A DNA stretch of 62,952 bases, filler included, from Hyphochytrium catenoides (Eukaryota; Protista; Hyphochytriomycota): assembly GCA_900088475.1 (NCBI GenBank). It is 6 parts of 6 records of this genome, joined end to end, with 100 filler letters (N's around TTAATTAATTAA, not from the genome) between each part and the next. Parts side by side here need not be neighbours in the genome. Positions count along the whole stretch, not along the records: positions 61,080 to 62,952 come from FLMG01004625.1; 5 more parts are not named here. One strand, 5' to 3'. The notes beneath the pieces were generated by a model that saw only the letters and a program-made list of their open reading frames with translations, ran no database searches and was not told the DNA's origin. How positions within the stretch are numbered: the stretch's first letter is position 1; each line of letters opens with the position of its first letter. Shown here in pieces: positions 60,980-62,952 of the stretch. A program made the position numbers and the translations under genes.

Positions 60980-61375
60980 NNNNNNNNNNNNNNNNNNNNN
61001 NNNNNNNNNNNNNNNNNNNNNNNTTAATTAATTAANNNNNNNNNNNNNNNNNNNNNNNNNNNNNNNNNNNNNNNNNNNNTGTTTTACCAGAATATTTAGA
61101 AGTAGAACTACAGAAGGACAAGATAGGGGTTTTCCTGTTTATCCAGGCAGTATTTTGCATTGTTCTAGAAATGGACAGTAGAACTATGGATATAGAGAAG
61201 GACAGGCATATCCTTGGAAGACATAACCTCTAGAGCAATCTAACTAAAAAATGCATAAGATCTAGGGGAAACTCAATCTGTTTAGAACTGAAAGGATGCC
61301 GCTTTCATATAATACCACCAGTAGTGTCCCTAGTTAGACTATGAAGGCCAAAGCCTGGGTAAACGTGATATTGCT

Positions 61376-61410
<35 letters not shown>

Positions 61411-61870
61411 TCTCTTCTCTCTCTTTTTCTCTTCTCTCTCTCTCCTTCTTTCTCTCTCTCTCTTTCTCTCTCTCTCTTTCTCTCTCTCTTCTCTCCTCTC
61501 TTGTACTTAGTTGAGAGCAAGCAAGTTCTATGGGTTCTTCGCCGCCCGAAGATCGCGTACCTGGACCAGAGTTGGCTTGGTTCTTTGACGGCATAAGACA
61601 TAAGAGGAATCTTCGTTCTTATTGTTTGTTTCTCTGCGTCTCTCTCATTCTGCCGGGCTCCCACGTTAGCTTTTCCCTTTTCCTCCCTGTGTGTCTATCT
61701 GTTGTCTGTCTGCTGCCTGTGTGTTTCTCTCCTTCTTCTCTCTCTTTCTCCTCTTCTGTTATGTTGGCAGAAAGAAGTTATTCAATAGTGTCGTTCAGGA
61801 TGCCTGCTGCCTTGAATCGATGGCTCTTCTTTTCTTCTGCTTCCTTTCTTTCCTTCCTTTCTCTTTCTCG

Positions 61871-61901
<31 letters not shown>

Positions 61902-62631
61902 ATTGTGAGCTCCCTCTCTTTCGGCGCCTCCAGCTCTCTGTGGTTTTTTATCACGACTTGAACATCGGCCTCCTTGTTATATGAGATAGTTGATCTGATG
62001 GATGACAGCCAAAGCAAGACAGCTACCTTTAGAGAAGGACAACAGCCATCTTTGGAATGAATAAAGAGAGAGAGAAAGAGAGCGGGCACGGTGTGACTGC
62101 TCTCTTCCTTGCTTGCTTTTCCTCCTCTCCTCCCACCGGCGCTCTCACCTCCTCACTTACGCATCCCAGTGCTAGCTACATCGACCTGCCGACAGTCATA
62201 AAGCAGTGCACCTCTCACTCGGTCGGGAAGAGTAAAGCAAAGTGTTTCTCTCCAGGTCGATTGTAGACGGGATAAACGTTTCTGCCTCTCTTTCCCAGCA
62301 TCTGCTGCTGCTGCTCAGTCTCTTTCTCGGACACTCTAGCGGAAGCTCTCTGCATCTCTCTGTCCTTTTGTCTCCTCCTCGCTTTATATACGCCGATCTT
62401 CTTCTCCGATTGTCAGTTCTTCAAAGGCTCAACCTTGGCAAACATTTTCTACCTCTACCTTGAGGTGCCTCTCCTATTGCTTCTCCTATCCTTGAAGACC
62501 AGAACCAAGGACAAAAGGAGAAGGACACACTTCAATCTTCTTTTTGCTATTCACTCCTGCTGCGCTCCTTCTCGCTCGGCCGAGGTTGGCGCTAGTCCTC
62601 TTAGCCACGAAGGAGCTTGCGTCCCCACAAG

Positions 62632-62952
62632 ATGAGACACTTATCTCTCCTCTCCAGCTTCTCTCTCCTCTTGTTTGCCCTCCACGAACAGCCCGATAGA
62701 GTTTCCGGTTATACATTAGAGATAGAGTATAATGCCACAGGCAATGGCACCGCAGGCGAGCCTCAGGTGCAAACCAGGACGGTAGAGATTCCTGTCCCTG
62801 CTGATGAGTCAGTCTGCTTCAAAGCGACAAAACCTAGGAAAGTAAGGCAAGTGTTGGAGGTCCGCTGCAACGCAGATGAAGACCAATGGGGCGGGCTTTG
62901 CTATCCGAAGTGTAAGGAAGGATATGAAGCCGTCGGGTGCTGTCTCTGCAGA
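62632..62952 (+). CDS. Secreted cysteine-rich repeat protein, 5' part
   Basis: Open frame from ATG 62632 to the window end: signal-like MRHLSLLSSFSLLLFALH, N-glycosylation sequons NAT and NGT, then CNADEDQWGGLCYPKCKEGYEAVGCCLCR. Not in the ORF track because it has no stop. Confidence 0.75.
   Translation, partial: MRHLSLLSSFSLLLFALHEQPDRVSGYTLEIEYNATGNGTAGEPQVQTRTVEIPVPADESVCFKATKPRKVRQVLEVRCNADEDQWGGLCYPKCKEGYEAVGCCLCR

Noticed and set aside
25008-61035. Five recurring TTAATTAATTAA palindromes
   Set aside because: Assembly linkers embedded in N runs; not biological.
1-62952. tRNA, rRNA, spliceosomal snRNA, CRISPR or SECIS elements
   Set aside because: None recognised by eye; a tRNAscan-SE/Infernal run would be needed to exclude them.

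Overview
Eukaryotic nuclear DNA from an intron-rich, AG/CT-microsatellite-rich flagellated protist, probably a stramenopile (inferred from RPB2 and CAP sequence style). The window is six contigs joined by artificial N-TTAATTAATTAA-N linkers (about 25008, 37480, 50866, 57623, 61024), so adjacency across linkers is not biological evidence. Genes: a Sel1-repeat protein (5' part), RPB2 (13 exons), eIF3f, CEP131/AZI1-like, a Ser/Pro-rich orphan, DRC3/LRRC48, an intronless POT/PTR transporter, a CAP/Srv2 with a duplicated N-terminal helical domain, an ornithine decarboxylase (ODC) and the start of a secreted Cys-rich protein. There are also nested, decayed Ty1/copia, Helentron-like, CACTG-ended and CRE-like elements. 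Best discovery candidate: the ODC 5' leader hides a spliced, AUU-initiated 37-codon uORF (IPPP...YHFNAELEWESD*) that is absent from the ORF track. It resembles the polyamine-sensing uCC of animal AZIN1/ODC, but LEW replaces the PPW stall motif, and the ODC below it has a mitochondrial-type presequence.
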